From positions 18,699,101 through 18,763,100 of the forward strand of contig NC_134025.1 in the NCBI RefSeq assembly GCF_964204645.1: a stretch of DNA of 64,000 nucleotides, in the 5' to 3' direction. The notes beneath the pieces are model-generated. The model was not told the origin of the DNA and searched no databases. It was given only the letters and a program-made list of their open reading frames with translations. Source of the stretch: Tubulanus polymorphus. Taxonomy: Eukaryota; Animalia; Nemertea. This document shows, piece by piece, positions 1 through 11,200 of the stretch (position 1 is the first letter of the stretch; each line of letters opens with the position of its first letter). Both the position numbers and the translations under genes were made by a program.

Positions 1-243
1 ACACAAGGACTAGTCGCTAAAGCTGCGCTGTTACCGGTATGTGATCCACTTATTTTTTCGCTGGATTGCCTCTGTCCCGGCACTATGGATCCCTAATTTT
101 CGTTTCCCGACCCCCAGTAGGGCGGGAACGTTCATTGACTAGTGCATAATGAGGATTTATTCATCAGCTGAATGCACAGGGGTTTGGTGATGGGCTTGGA
201 TTTTATTTCCTGGTTGTTGATAATCTCGCGAGGATGGCGCTTG

Positions 244-1341
244 CAGGGCTGCCAATGTCTCCGATTTTGGCGGAGTTTGCTACGGTAAAACCAGTAGAAC
301 TCCGTTGCTACGGGAGTGGTGAAAAAACTACGTCGGTCTCATTCCGGTACTCCGCCGAAGAGTCAATCGAATACGCCCATAATCAATTTCACTTCGGTGT
401 TCCGTTAGAATGCCAATCGAATACGCTCAAATTTATTTCACTCCGGTGTTCCGTTAGAATGCCAATCGAATACGCTAACATCAATTTTGTCATTGTTAAA
501 TCCTATCCACAGAACGGTAGTCATGTCCGCATGCGCAGTTATCAATAAGCGATCATGAAATGTGATAGTCGGCGGTTGGATTTTCGGCATACGAATCGAA
601 TTCCGATGATGATGAAAGCGAATCGGAAGAAGGTGAAGTAACTGCGAGGAAGAGAAAATCCAAACAAGGGACTAGTAACGAACAACAGAAAAAAAACCTT
701 TGTCGCCAATCAAAAATTCAGAGCAGAATATACGTCCAAGTATCCGTGCATTGTTCCATCTCAAATATCAAATGGTTATGCACTGTGTACTGTCTGTAAC
801 GTTGATTTTCTTGTTACACACGGTGGGTTGACAGATGTCGGGAAACATTGTGAAGAAAGCAAAAGTAACGAAGCTAAGGCAAAAGCGTCTAAAATCACTC
901 GCTATTTCACATCAAATACTCCAACAGCAGATGAATTGTGAACCCTAAGGGCGGAGGTGATGTTTATTAATTTTTTGGTCGAACACAACATAGCTTTTGC
1001 AGTATCAGATCATGCTACACGACTCTTTAAAAAGATGTTAAAAAATCTAAAAGGTATTTTTTGATAGCAATGATAGCAATAATGCGTAAATCTAATGTGT
1101 GTATATTTCTTTGTGAAGGAGAGTTTAACAATCAATTTTTTAATAAATACAAACAGAATTTTATCATTATTTCGAGTTTTTCTTGGTATTATTATCTGGT
1201 CGTTTCGGCTGCTACTGAGAATCAATGATTAGCTACTATCACTAGAATGTTTGATTTTGCCTGCTACTGACTGAAATGAGAAAACTACTATCAAAATTGT
1301 ATTGTGTTACTACAAAAAAAATTGTGAAGTTGGCAGGTCTG
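244..1341 (+). mobile_element. Non-autonomous hAT-like DNA transposon (internally deleted; retains transposase N-terminus)
   Basis: Imperfect TIRs CAGGGCTGCCAA (244) and TTGGCAGGTCTG (ends 1341), flanked by direct repeat CGCTTG (238-243, 1342-1347). About 730-1040 translates to KYPCIVPS..YALCTVCNVDFLVTHGGLTDVGKH...AEVMFINFLVEHNIAFAVSDHATRLFKKM, a BED-like zinc finger plus hAT N-terminal helix. Subterminal CTACT repeats. Confidence 0.75.
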
Positions 1342-2044
1342 CGCTTGATATGAACTCCAAATAAATTCAAGATATCACAGAAATTCCTCTGTTTATATTG
1401 TTTATTTATCCGCTATTAAGTTCCGATGAACAATTGACTAGCGATAATATTTCTTACTATACATCGTCACGCGTAATCCTTTAGGTATGATATCCTGACA
1501 ATGTGTTGGATTCCATAAAACCTCACTTCAAACGCTGAAGATCGCTACTGCAGATCCAAGCTACAGCCTCTTTCTTCTGAGCCACTGTAACTTTTTCATA
1601 CCATTTGAATTTTTTAACTACATTCCACTTGGACTAACCCTATCCTTTGCTGTAAGACAGACACTTAGGTTATACATAAGTGAAATAATTTTATTTTTGT
1701 TAGAATATTTTATTACATATAGATGTTCGCAGTGGAAGTTACGGAAAGTTAAAGGAATCAGTTCGTTATACCCAGTGTGAAAAATCATTAATTTTCTTTA
1801 CTTGGAAAAATTTCTATATTTGTTATCTGATTAACCCTTGCATCCAAATTCATTATAACCAGGTTGCACTGTATAGCGATAACCAAAATAATGCTGTATC
1901 TGCAAAATATCACCTTCCAATGAAAATTTTGAGTTGAGCATTTGTAACCTGGTTACCATTCTCAAGTAGTCATGGTGCCCTAGTATTTCTGAGATTGTAC
2001 CCTTACACGTGTTGACTACCTGATTGACCATGTTCATACTGATA

Positions 2045-2623
2045 CAGTCAACCTCGGTTAATCCGTCTCCGGTTAAACCGTATAGGTGCTTATTCCGTAT
2101 AAATAAATTGGTCTCGTTTTTCAGTAACGTTATTCCCTTTAAAATTCTGTGTCTTAAAATTCGTACTCCATAATCCGTATTTTCACTTAGTCCGTAGACA
2201 AATGCGCGGTCCCGATGTCCAATTCATATGTAAATCCTAATGTTTAACCCTTTCAGTGCAGTGTATAAATCAGTGATAGATTGTGCCAGTACACCGCACT
2301 GCGGTGTATTGATATTATTAGTAATTAGTAATTATCTCTTGAAAAATAGCAGCACCTGTCAAACATAGTGAAATACTAGTAACTAACGATACACCGCACC
2401 GTGGCGTAGACGCACTATAGTGGTATTCCCGTTATTCAACACACTTCGGTGGATTTTTTCAATTATCTCCAGCACTATGGGGTATTAATTAGTCAGCACT
2501 GAAAGGGTTAATCCGTATCAGCTCTCGGAAACATACACATGAAGTGAAAAAAGTATAAACATCTGTAATTTAATGTGGTTAAAAGCTCAGTCCCGAGTGA
2601 TACGGATTAACCAAGGTTGACTG
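2045..2623. mobile_element. Tc1/mariner-pogo type MITE
   Basis: TIRs CAGTCAACCTCGGTTAATCCG / CGGATTAACCAAGGTTGACTG, TA on both sides, no ORF. Confidence 0.85.
2248..2507. mobile_element. piggyBac-type MITE nested in the pogo-like MITE
   Basis: TTAA|CCCTTTCAGTGC ... GCACTGAAAGGG|TTAA. A related copy lies in opposite orientation at 43320-43607. Confidence 0.85.
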
Positions 2624-2706
2624 TATTTTGCTTTTTCTTATCGCATCAATGTAGACATGTAATGTTGGATTTGGTTTATTTACTTTTAATCTTTTTTCTT
2701 CCACAG

Positions 2707-2806
2707 TCGTGTATGTGCAAACAGACATGGTCTTATCCGAAAATATGGTTTGAACATGTGCAGGCAATGTTTCAGACAGTATGCTGATGATATTGGATTC
2801 AAAAAG
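2707..2806 (+). CDS. RPS29: 40S ribosomal protein S29 (uS14), internal coding exon
   Basis: cag|T CGT GTA TGT...AAA AAG|gtatga gives (C)[33 protein letters not shown], the conserved S29 zinc-finger region, on a 100-bp exon. The first exon was not found in the window and is presumably upstream. Confidence 0.96.
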
Positions 2807-2902
2807 GTATGATGCATTGTTAATACCAGGGTCGAACATAAAACTTGCTTCTTAACGATGTTGTGTATAGTTAATTCTGTTGGATCATTATTTCATTTCT
2901 AG

Positions 2903-2911
2903 CTCGATTAG
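2903..2911 (+). CDS. RPS29: 40S ribosomal protein S29, last coding exon (LD*)
   Basis: tttcatttctag|CTC GAT TAG matches the conserved ...FKKLD* C-terminus. AATAAA follows at 3025-3030. Confidence 0.92.
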   Translation, partial: LD

Positions 2912-3024
2912 ATCGACACTTCAAAGGCGCTTGTAAACGCACGAAGATGACTATTCGAACGAAGATGATCGATAGTTCCTGTACATAATGATGATGATTT
3001 AATCGATTTAAATGTAGATTTTAC

Positions 3025-3030
3025 AATAAA
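3025..3030 (+). terminator. Polyadenylation signal of RPS29
   Basis: AATAAA about 115 nt after the stop codon, with GT/T-rich sequence downstream. Confidence 0.7.
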
Positions 3031-3529
3031 TTGATCATCACGATGTGAAATTTTGTCTCGTTTATATTGCTAAGAAAGATTTCTTTCCTATATTGGCTGA
3101 ACAGATATCATGCTGTAGGATTTATTGAAAGTGTATCATATCATACAATGATGATAATCTAGGACCAGTTGCTTGAAAGTTGGTTACAGTTAACCCTGGA
3201 TAGTTGACATTGTGACAATTAAAAGTTCATAGTTATTATGGCATTTATCCGCCGGTTATCTTTGACAAACTTTTAAGCTACTGCCCCCCCCCCCCCCTGT
3301 CGACCTGATGCCATTGATTGGCTGACCGAAAAGTGATGTCCCAATCATGGAGGGAGGCAGAGCTGGAGGTCCACCGACTGTATTTATTCCAGGATGAGAT
3401 GTCACGGTTGCACTAGGATTCGAACTCGCTATCTGTCAGTTTTAAGTTGATAACCTTATTCAACAGAATTACGATTTATTTACACTCCAACCATTTCCAT
3501 GGTTTATGGAGGAAAACTATTACACATGT

Positions 3530-4995
3530 ATATACAAATATTTACAAAACAACACTAAAAGTGATTAAAATTTAGAGAATGAAAACGTAACGAAATATAT
3601 ATATACATCAACTATTTACAATACTATATATACTATTATATACATCAACTATTTACAATACTATATATACTATTGGAGGGATCTATATACATCTAAGCCG
3701 GTCTTAATGAATTTAGCTAAGTTGACCGTTGGGTTTTTCAGAATATCAAGGGTATTAAAGGTATTCAAATTCAAAAAGTTTTTGCGTTGTTCGTTAAGTA
3801 AGGTACAGTCAAACAGAAAATGGGATTCGTCACCTAAAGTATTACAAGTGGGGCATATTCTATCGGCTCTGTCTAAATGAAGGTTTGAAAATTTGTTCAC
3901 AGGTAAAATATAGGACCCGACCCTAAATTCAAATAAACTAGTTCCTAAGTCATCACCAAGTTCTATTATATACTTCTCTAACCTAATATCATTTTTATAT
4001 TGCCTAAAGTTAGTGTATATCGGATTAGTATTTATGGCAGAAACAGTTTCTTGAAGGTGCTGGTCACGGAGTATCTGTTTTATTCGTTTTGAAAAAGATT
4101 TACTGTTAGTCATGAATTGCTGCGTCCAAATGCAGGACAAACCACAGTCATCAAACGTTTTCTTTATATATGATAACCAAGGGCTCTTAAAATTATCCCT
4201 TAAAAATAAATTGAAAGATATTTTATAGAGTATTGAATTAAGTTTGGTTTGCTTTCCAGATACTGTTTTCACCCAAAAGTTAATCATCCTGCGTCTAACA
4301 TCTATATTCAAAGGGTAACGTCCTAGCTCTGATAAAACTTGTAAGTTGCGAGAATATTTCGTCACTTTCATTAAGATTTTACAGAAGAAGCAATGAATAT
4401 TTTCTAATAAATCAAGATTTTCATATCCCCAGATCTCACACCCATACATGGCAATTGGAGCAACACACGTATCAAATAATTTAAACATAACATCTATGGG
4501 CAATTTCAAACGTCTGCCTTTTTGAACGATCGAAAACATAGCTCTGATAGCTTTATCGTAAAGATACTTTTTTGCCTTAGCAAAGTTACCATTCCAATTG
4601 AATTTTACTCCGAGATAAACATAATCTTCAACTACCTCTAACTCTTGATCACCAAACATAAATTTCGAAATCGTTTTTATCCGGGATTTACTTCGCGCAA
4701 ATACTAGTACTTTAGTTTTCTCTGGGTTAACAGTGAGACCATTAGCCGCGCAATATTCAAATAAGGTATCTAAGTGTAGCTGAAGAGATTTCTCATCCTC
4801 AGCAAGAATAACTGTATCATCTGCGTATAGTATTATGAATAAATTCAGTAAAGTATCAATATCCTGATCACGATTCAAATTTAGTTTTTCTATAAATGAC
4901 AAAGTCGATTTTCCACGATCAATGAAAAATTCTTCGATGTCGTTTAAGAATAACGAAAAGAGGATAGGTGAGAGATTTTCGCCTTGTCTTAAACA
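3530..4995 (-). mobile_element. 5'-truncated non-LTR retrotransposon (LINE; RTE-X/L2-like RT C-terminal half)
   Basis: ORF 3670-5019 contains LRQGENLSPILFSLFLND, LYADDTV, YVYLGVKF and a C-terminal C-x2-C...H-x4-C motif (RICPTCNTLGDESHFLFDC). There is a 37-bp tandem duplication in the 3' tail (about 3598-3672). Clade is uncertain. Confidence 0.9.
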
Positions 4996-5152
4996 GAAGA
5001 TGCCGTTGCGTGCTGCCATCTATAATACTTATCAAACTGATATTGGGCTTTGTTTGTGTCATTTGATAAATGAGGCCAACAGAAATTTTACATATTTTAA
5101 CCCTCCATCGATTGTTATTTATAGTTAGATTGTTCACTACCGCGTAGTAGAT

Positions 5153-5180
5153 ATCACGTGATGCGGTCAAAATGGCGGCG
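5153..5180 (+). promoter_or_regulatory. Palindromic E-box (ATCACGTGAT, CLEAR/MITF-TFE-like) and YY1-like motif (AAAATGGCGGC) at the Rab start
   Basis: Motifs seen directly at 5153-5162 and 5169-5179. Function is inferred only. Confidence 0.4.
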
Positions 5181-5280
5181 CCCATGAATGAAGACGATCT
5201 TGTTAGCGGCGCATCCTCTGACATTACGAGCAAACACGAATTTCTATACAAAGTGTTGGTTGTAGGTGAATTTGGAGTTG
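5172..5280 (+). CDS. RAB32: Rab32-like exon 1 (MAAPMNEDDLVSGASSDITSKHEFLYKVLVVGEFGV)
   Basis: ATG in AAAATGG context, LYKVLVVG P-loop start, donor gtgagt at 5281. Confidence 0.92.
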
Positions 5281-8200
5281 GTGAGTTCTCTTGATATGTC
5301 AAAGCTGAAATTTAGTAAAGTGCACAGCCGAAAAATCCAATTTTACTGTTTTACTTACTGTTTTTGTTCGTGTTGGTGTAGATACGAAGTGGATATTTCA
5401 CCGTACGGTATAGGCCTACGGCTAAGTATTAACTTCCGCTATTTTACCGTACATTATTATGTAATAGATGAAATCTAAGTGACAGACGCCTCGTCACAGC
5501 TTGATTAAATTTTTCATAAGAAATCATAGCGATTCGGGAAAACAACCTCAAGTACCTCAAGTACGGGGTAACGAAAACACTCAAAATATTGTCAGTGAAG
5601 GAACACACTTAAATGTTGTTAATGAAACTGGAAAGAGAATCAACTCCAATATATTTCATATTGAAATTGTACTGTAGTTGGACCCAAAGCATTAAATTAA
5701 TGAAGAAATTAAATCAATTCTTAGTCAACTTGGAAAATTGAAAATTAATGCCAGAGTTAAGGGGTGGGAGGAAAGAAGATGAAACTGTAACTCTTAAGTT
5801 TTGATTCATTTCTAAAATTTGGGCTCATTATAAGCACAAATTTCAGAAATGAATCAAACCTCATAATTTTCTAATCTTAGGCTATATTATAAGATCAAAT
5901 GAAATTTTAATTTTTAATTTTTGCGAGAAAAAAACTTGAAAAATTTCTTATAAATTAGGTCTCGGTACCACTGTCGATTATTCTTTCGATTTAGATAAAC
6001 TGTCATTTTTTAATGGTTTAAAACTCTTTGTGAAAACATAATGTAACCAATGACATTTCTATGGTGGAAACTGAGAGGGGTTTTTGCAATATTGAAGAAT
6101 TTTGATCTGGTAGTTTATTTAGAAATTAGTTCCATTTGGAAATAAAAGGAAGACGAGAAGATTACAACGCATTTTTTAATTACTGTACCTTCATAGAGAA
6201 AAAAATCGAATACGCGTTGAAACGCACATATCGAAAAATTATTTTCTGCTAAAAAAAAATCGAATTAGCAGAAAATGAGAATGTCAGTACAAAAATTGAT
6301 TTCTCTTGCGAAAAATATACACTTCTTTCTAATCCTCCGGGAATACGGTTCAAAATAAGCAGTGCACGCGGCCAGCGGTACCGAATTCCTTATTTGGTGA
6401 AGAAGGGGCGGACACTAACGTTTTTGCCGACCGCGATGTTGGTGCTGCGAGCGAGCAAGACGTGCTGATCCGGCGCCGTACTGGCCGAGAGATTTTACGA
6501 CTCTAACGCGACTCGCAGTTTTTAGGGTCATTACTTTTGATTAAAAAAGCGTATTTCAGTGCTGCGGCTGGGAATGACTGCTGTGCGCGCGAGAGCGTAA
6601 TTCTCCGGGAGTCGAACCTGCGCGCCGACGAACCGCGTGGCACCGGGCCGCGGCCGCGTTTTGTTATTGAATTCGCCCCTGTTCTGTTGCTAAGGGAATT
6701 TCAGCTATTTTCAACTCGATCGATCAACGCGGTTCATTGTTTAACTATTCATCGACCCAATCTTGTTTGAAATATCATGAAAAAAATACATTCTGAAATA
6801 ACCCGATCCATAAGTTACCGTATTTTAGTTAGTGGAATGCCGGATGTAATAGATGAAATCTAAGTGACGGACGCCGCGGTCAATGCTTGATTAAATTTTT
6901 CAAGAAATCATATAGCAATTCGAAAACAACGACATTCACGTAAGGGTGTAGGTAAACGAAAACACTCAAAATATTGTCGGGACTTTAGTAAGGAACGCGT
7001 AATGTAGTCTGAATACCAGTCGTTGTTACGGTTCCGTACAACGTCTGACGCTAAAGTATCATATAGAGGTTAACTCCTGTTAATTGCAATGCAACAACTG
7101 ATTTTAGTGTCAAATCAAACCTTTGTACTAAAATAAATTAATTAGTTACCTTGTTGACTTTGAAAATGTGTTTTATAATAAAATTTTTGATGATTTAAAT
7201 CGCGAATCGGAGAATTTATTGATTTGATTTGAATTGAATTGATTGCCACTATCGGGATTTCCAATACTGACTAAATTAATAAAATGTGAAAATTCAATAT
7301 TTCTCTCTAAAATTACTCTAAATGTTATTTTTTGTTGATAAAATGCATAAATTTTGGTCAATTTTAACCTTAAAAATTTGAAACAAGAATAACATCTGCA
7401 TTGGCATCAATGTCAGTCCAAGTTTAAGTTCGAATCCGTAATTTACACTCCCATCATGCACCACGAAAAGCCGCCATATTTGTTATGGTGCTTCACTTCA
7501 ACTATTTTTTGAGGCGACTTGTCAAAAGTTTTGAGCTACTACGATCGTCAAAAGCTACTTAGGATTACAAATTTACGCACAAACAATAGTTAACTTCTAT
7601 CTGATTACAGAACAGTCAGTTTGAGGTAAGTTGATGGTGTTTTAAGGGGTGAAATAGATGCTCAAAGCCTCGTCCCCCAAAATGAGGGACGAAAATTAAC
7701 CTTATATGAGCACTTTCGCCCTAGTCGTTGTTTCAGGAACAACGGCTAGGTACTAGACTACACGTAATGTTGTCAATGATATTGGAAGAAAATAACTCCA
7801 ATTTTGTTTCATATTGAAATCGTACTGTAGATTTGGGCCCAAAGAATTAAATTAATGAAGAAATTAAATCAATTTTTAGTTAAAACTTAGAAAATTGAAA
7901 ACTAACGCCACAGAGTGAAGGGGTGGATGGAAAGAAGATAGAACTGTAACTCTAAGGTTTGATTCATTACTGAAATTTGGGCTCATAAGATTAGAAAATT
8001 ATGAGGAAACAGATCAAATGAAATTAAATATTCTGCAAGAAAAAAACTTGAAACATTTCTTCTATTATTAAATATAACCTAGGTCTGTTTGCGCTGAAAG
8101 ATAACTATTTCGATTTATATAAAATGTATGAAGAATTTTTTATGGTTTAAACTTTTTAAAATATCATAATGTACTATGGACATGGTGAAACTGATACCGG

Positions 8201-11200
8201 TACAGTATTTTTGCAAGATTGAAGAATTTAGACCTGGTTGTTAATTTAGAAACTAGCTCCATTTGAAAATAGGAAGACGAGAAGATTACTACGAATTTTT
8301 TAATTACGGTACCGTGAGGAAAAATGGAACACGTTGAACATCAATTGGAAAATTATTTTCTGCCAGAAAAAATCGAATTAAATACTGTCGAGAATTAACA
8401 TCTGTATTAGGATGAGTTTGACTCATCTCATCCTACCACACAATTCTAGATGTCTGGAAACCATTTATTACTGAACGGAAACACCTTGTAAGAGTTTGTG
8501 TTACGTACGTGGGTTGACCACGAGCTATAGTACTACGCATGCGCATGTAATGAATGATAATCTGACTTTATGGGATGAAATAAACTCTAGTATTAGTTTG
8601 CAATTCAAGCATTCGGGTTGTGTTGATCTACTCCAAGCTGACTTCAAGTCACACACACTTTCACAAATACAGCAGGAAAATTCATACGTAAATACAAAAA
8701 TTGATTTCTCTTGCGAAAAATATTTATTTGTTTCTGATCCTCCAGGAATATCGAGTACCGGGAATCTACGGCCCAAAATAAACAGTGCACGTTGCCAGCT
8801 GTAACGAATTCCTTATTTGGTGAAAGAAGGGGCGGAGACTAATGTTTTTGCCGACCGCGATGTTGCTGCTGCTGTGAGCGAGACCGTGCCGATCCGCGGG
8901 CCGCCGCGCTGCTGTGAAATTTTGAGTATATCATCCGACTCTAACGCATCTCTAACCGCAGTTTAAGGGTCATAAAATTTTTATGAAATAAACGTTTCTT
9001 TAGTGACGAGGCTTGGGATTGACTGCTCCACGCGCGAGCATAATTCTCCGGGATTCGAACCGGCGCTGAAACGTTGTTTGTTATTTTGAATTCGCTCCCG
9101 TTGTCAGAGGAATTTCAGCTATTTTCAACTCGTTCGATCAACGCGGTTCATTGTTAAACTATTCAACAAGTATTAGTTATTTCGCTGCCGGATTTTAGCG
9201 TGACGTAATTCTACTTCCGATTTCCCCATGAGATTCAAACCGGACGTCAAGTGACGTCATTTCTTTCTGACTTTGTCAGCTAGTCAGAAACGGTTAAGAA
9301 GACACTTCGTAGTATCCACATATACGCGTTTACCAAAGGGACGTCCACCCCTATGCGCATGCGTGGCGTAAATCAGCGAATCAGCGACAATGTACAGTAA
9401 AATAGCGGAAATAAATACCATATACAGTAAAATATCCACTGCGTTGTTCACCCAGTCCTGAGAATGGCCGGTTCGCGGAGCTCCGTATACTGCCTATACT
9501 AAAGAGCTCGCGTGAACCACCCACCCAGTCACGTAGTCGTTATTTTACGTCGAAATTGTCGACTGACGCTCAGTCGGCACTTCAACCACTCAGTACTCGG
9601 CAACTACTCATCCGATTTCAATAAATAAACTACCTACACTGACCTTATGTTGTTATCTTTTCATTGTTTACACTCTAAAGAATATATTTGAAGTTCAAGT
9701 GGCTGGAAATTGCCTCTATAAATATTTTAGTACTGCTTTTGTTGTACTAAAAATGGTTCCTCGCGAGACTCACCCGCATGAAAAAATCAATATCTTAGCA
9801 ACACAACAATAGATACCGCTCTGCGCGACTCGTGGATATTTGACAAGTCATGGAAAATAGTTTCATACACAAAATACGATGATAAAATGACTAAATAAAC
9901 ACAACAGTAAGAACAAAAAAGATCAGAGGTTTGCAATGATGGTTTATTTTTCGAAATTGGTTGAATGAGAGCTGAGAAGTGATGATTAGAGTTGAATTCA
10001 AAAGAATTTAAAATCACCGCGTATATGGCTTCCGCGACTTAGTGTCAGGGGTCGCGTTAACGATATACCACTGACACTAAGGTTCTCGGTGAACTGCGTT
10101 GTAGATCATGTCCATTTATCAATGCCAATGGATGTGGATGAGACCTGTTTTTCTGGGATATTTTGCTTACCTTATGGGGAACATACCTCATTAAGGTCTT
10201 AACAGAATGTAATAGATCGTGGACATCAACTGAATATCCGATGAATATCCGATAATATGTGTTATAGATGAAATCTAAGTGACGGACGCCACGGTCAGTG
10301 CTTGATTGAATTTTTTCTAGTTGTTAAGTAAGAAATCATATAATAAATCATATAGCGATTCGAAAACAACTTCATTAACATATTGAGTGTAACAAAACCA
10401 CTCAAAATATTGCCAGTGTCTTAATGAACTCATTAAATGTTTGTCAATGAAACTGGAAAGAAAATCAATTCCAATATTGCAGTACTGTAGAGGGCCCAAA
10501 GCATTAATAAATGAAGAAATTAAATCAATTCTAAGTTAAAACTTGGAAAATTGAAAACTAATGCCAGGGTTGAGGGATGGGTGGAAAGAAGATGAAACTG
10601 TTACTCTAAGGTTTGGTTCATTTCTGAAATATGGGCTTATAGGATTAGAAAATTGTGAGGAAACAGATCAAATGAAATTTAATTTTCTGCGAGAAAAAAA
10701 CTTGAAAAATTTCTTAATTGCAAATAGTCTCTTACAACTGTCTGCTAAAAGGATACTATTACGATTTAGATGAAGTGATTGTGAAAATGTTTAACCAGAC
10801 ATGGTGAAACTGAGAGGGTTTTTGCAAGATAGATCTTGACCTGGTGGGTTAATTTAGAAATTAATAGCCCCATTTGAAAATAAAAGGAAGACAAAAAATT
10901 ACAACGCATTTCTTAATTATACCTTCTTGGAGAAAAAAAATGCAATACGCGTTGAAAGGTACAATCGGGAAATTATATTTTCTGCCAGAAAAAAATCTAA
11001 TTAGCAATAAAATACAAATCTCTGTACAAAAATTGATTTCTCTTGGGATAAATATTCATTTGTTTCTTATCCTTCGGGAATGTCGAGTACCGGGAATCTA
11101 TGATTGAAAATAAGCAGTGCACGTGGCCAGCGGTACCAAATTCCTTATTTCGAAATTTAGGGGCGGAGACTAATGTTTTGCTGAGACCGTGCCGATCCCC

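Noticed and set aside
1420-1500. Possible C/D snoRNA in the RPS29 intron (CGATGA...CTGA)
   Set aside because: Box C is non-canonical, there is no clear terminal stem, and I could not identify an rRNA-complementary guide.
1-2700. First coding exon of RPS29 (MGH..LW.SHP..G.GSR.C)
   Set aside because: Not found by eye in this interval. It probably lies upstream of the window.
3405-3450. tRNA-like B box (GTTCGAATCC on the minus strand)
   Set aside because: No cloverleaf or A box. At most a decayed SINE head.
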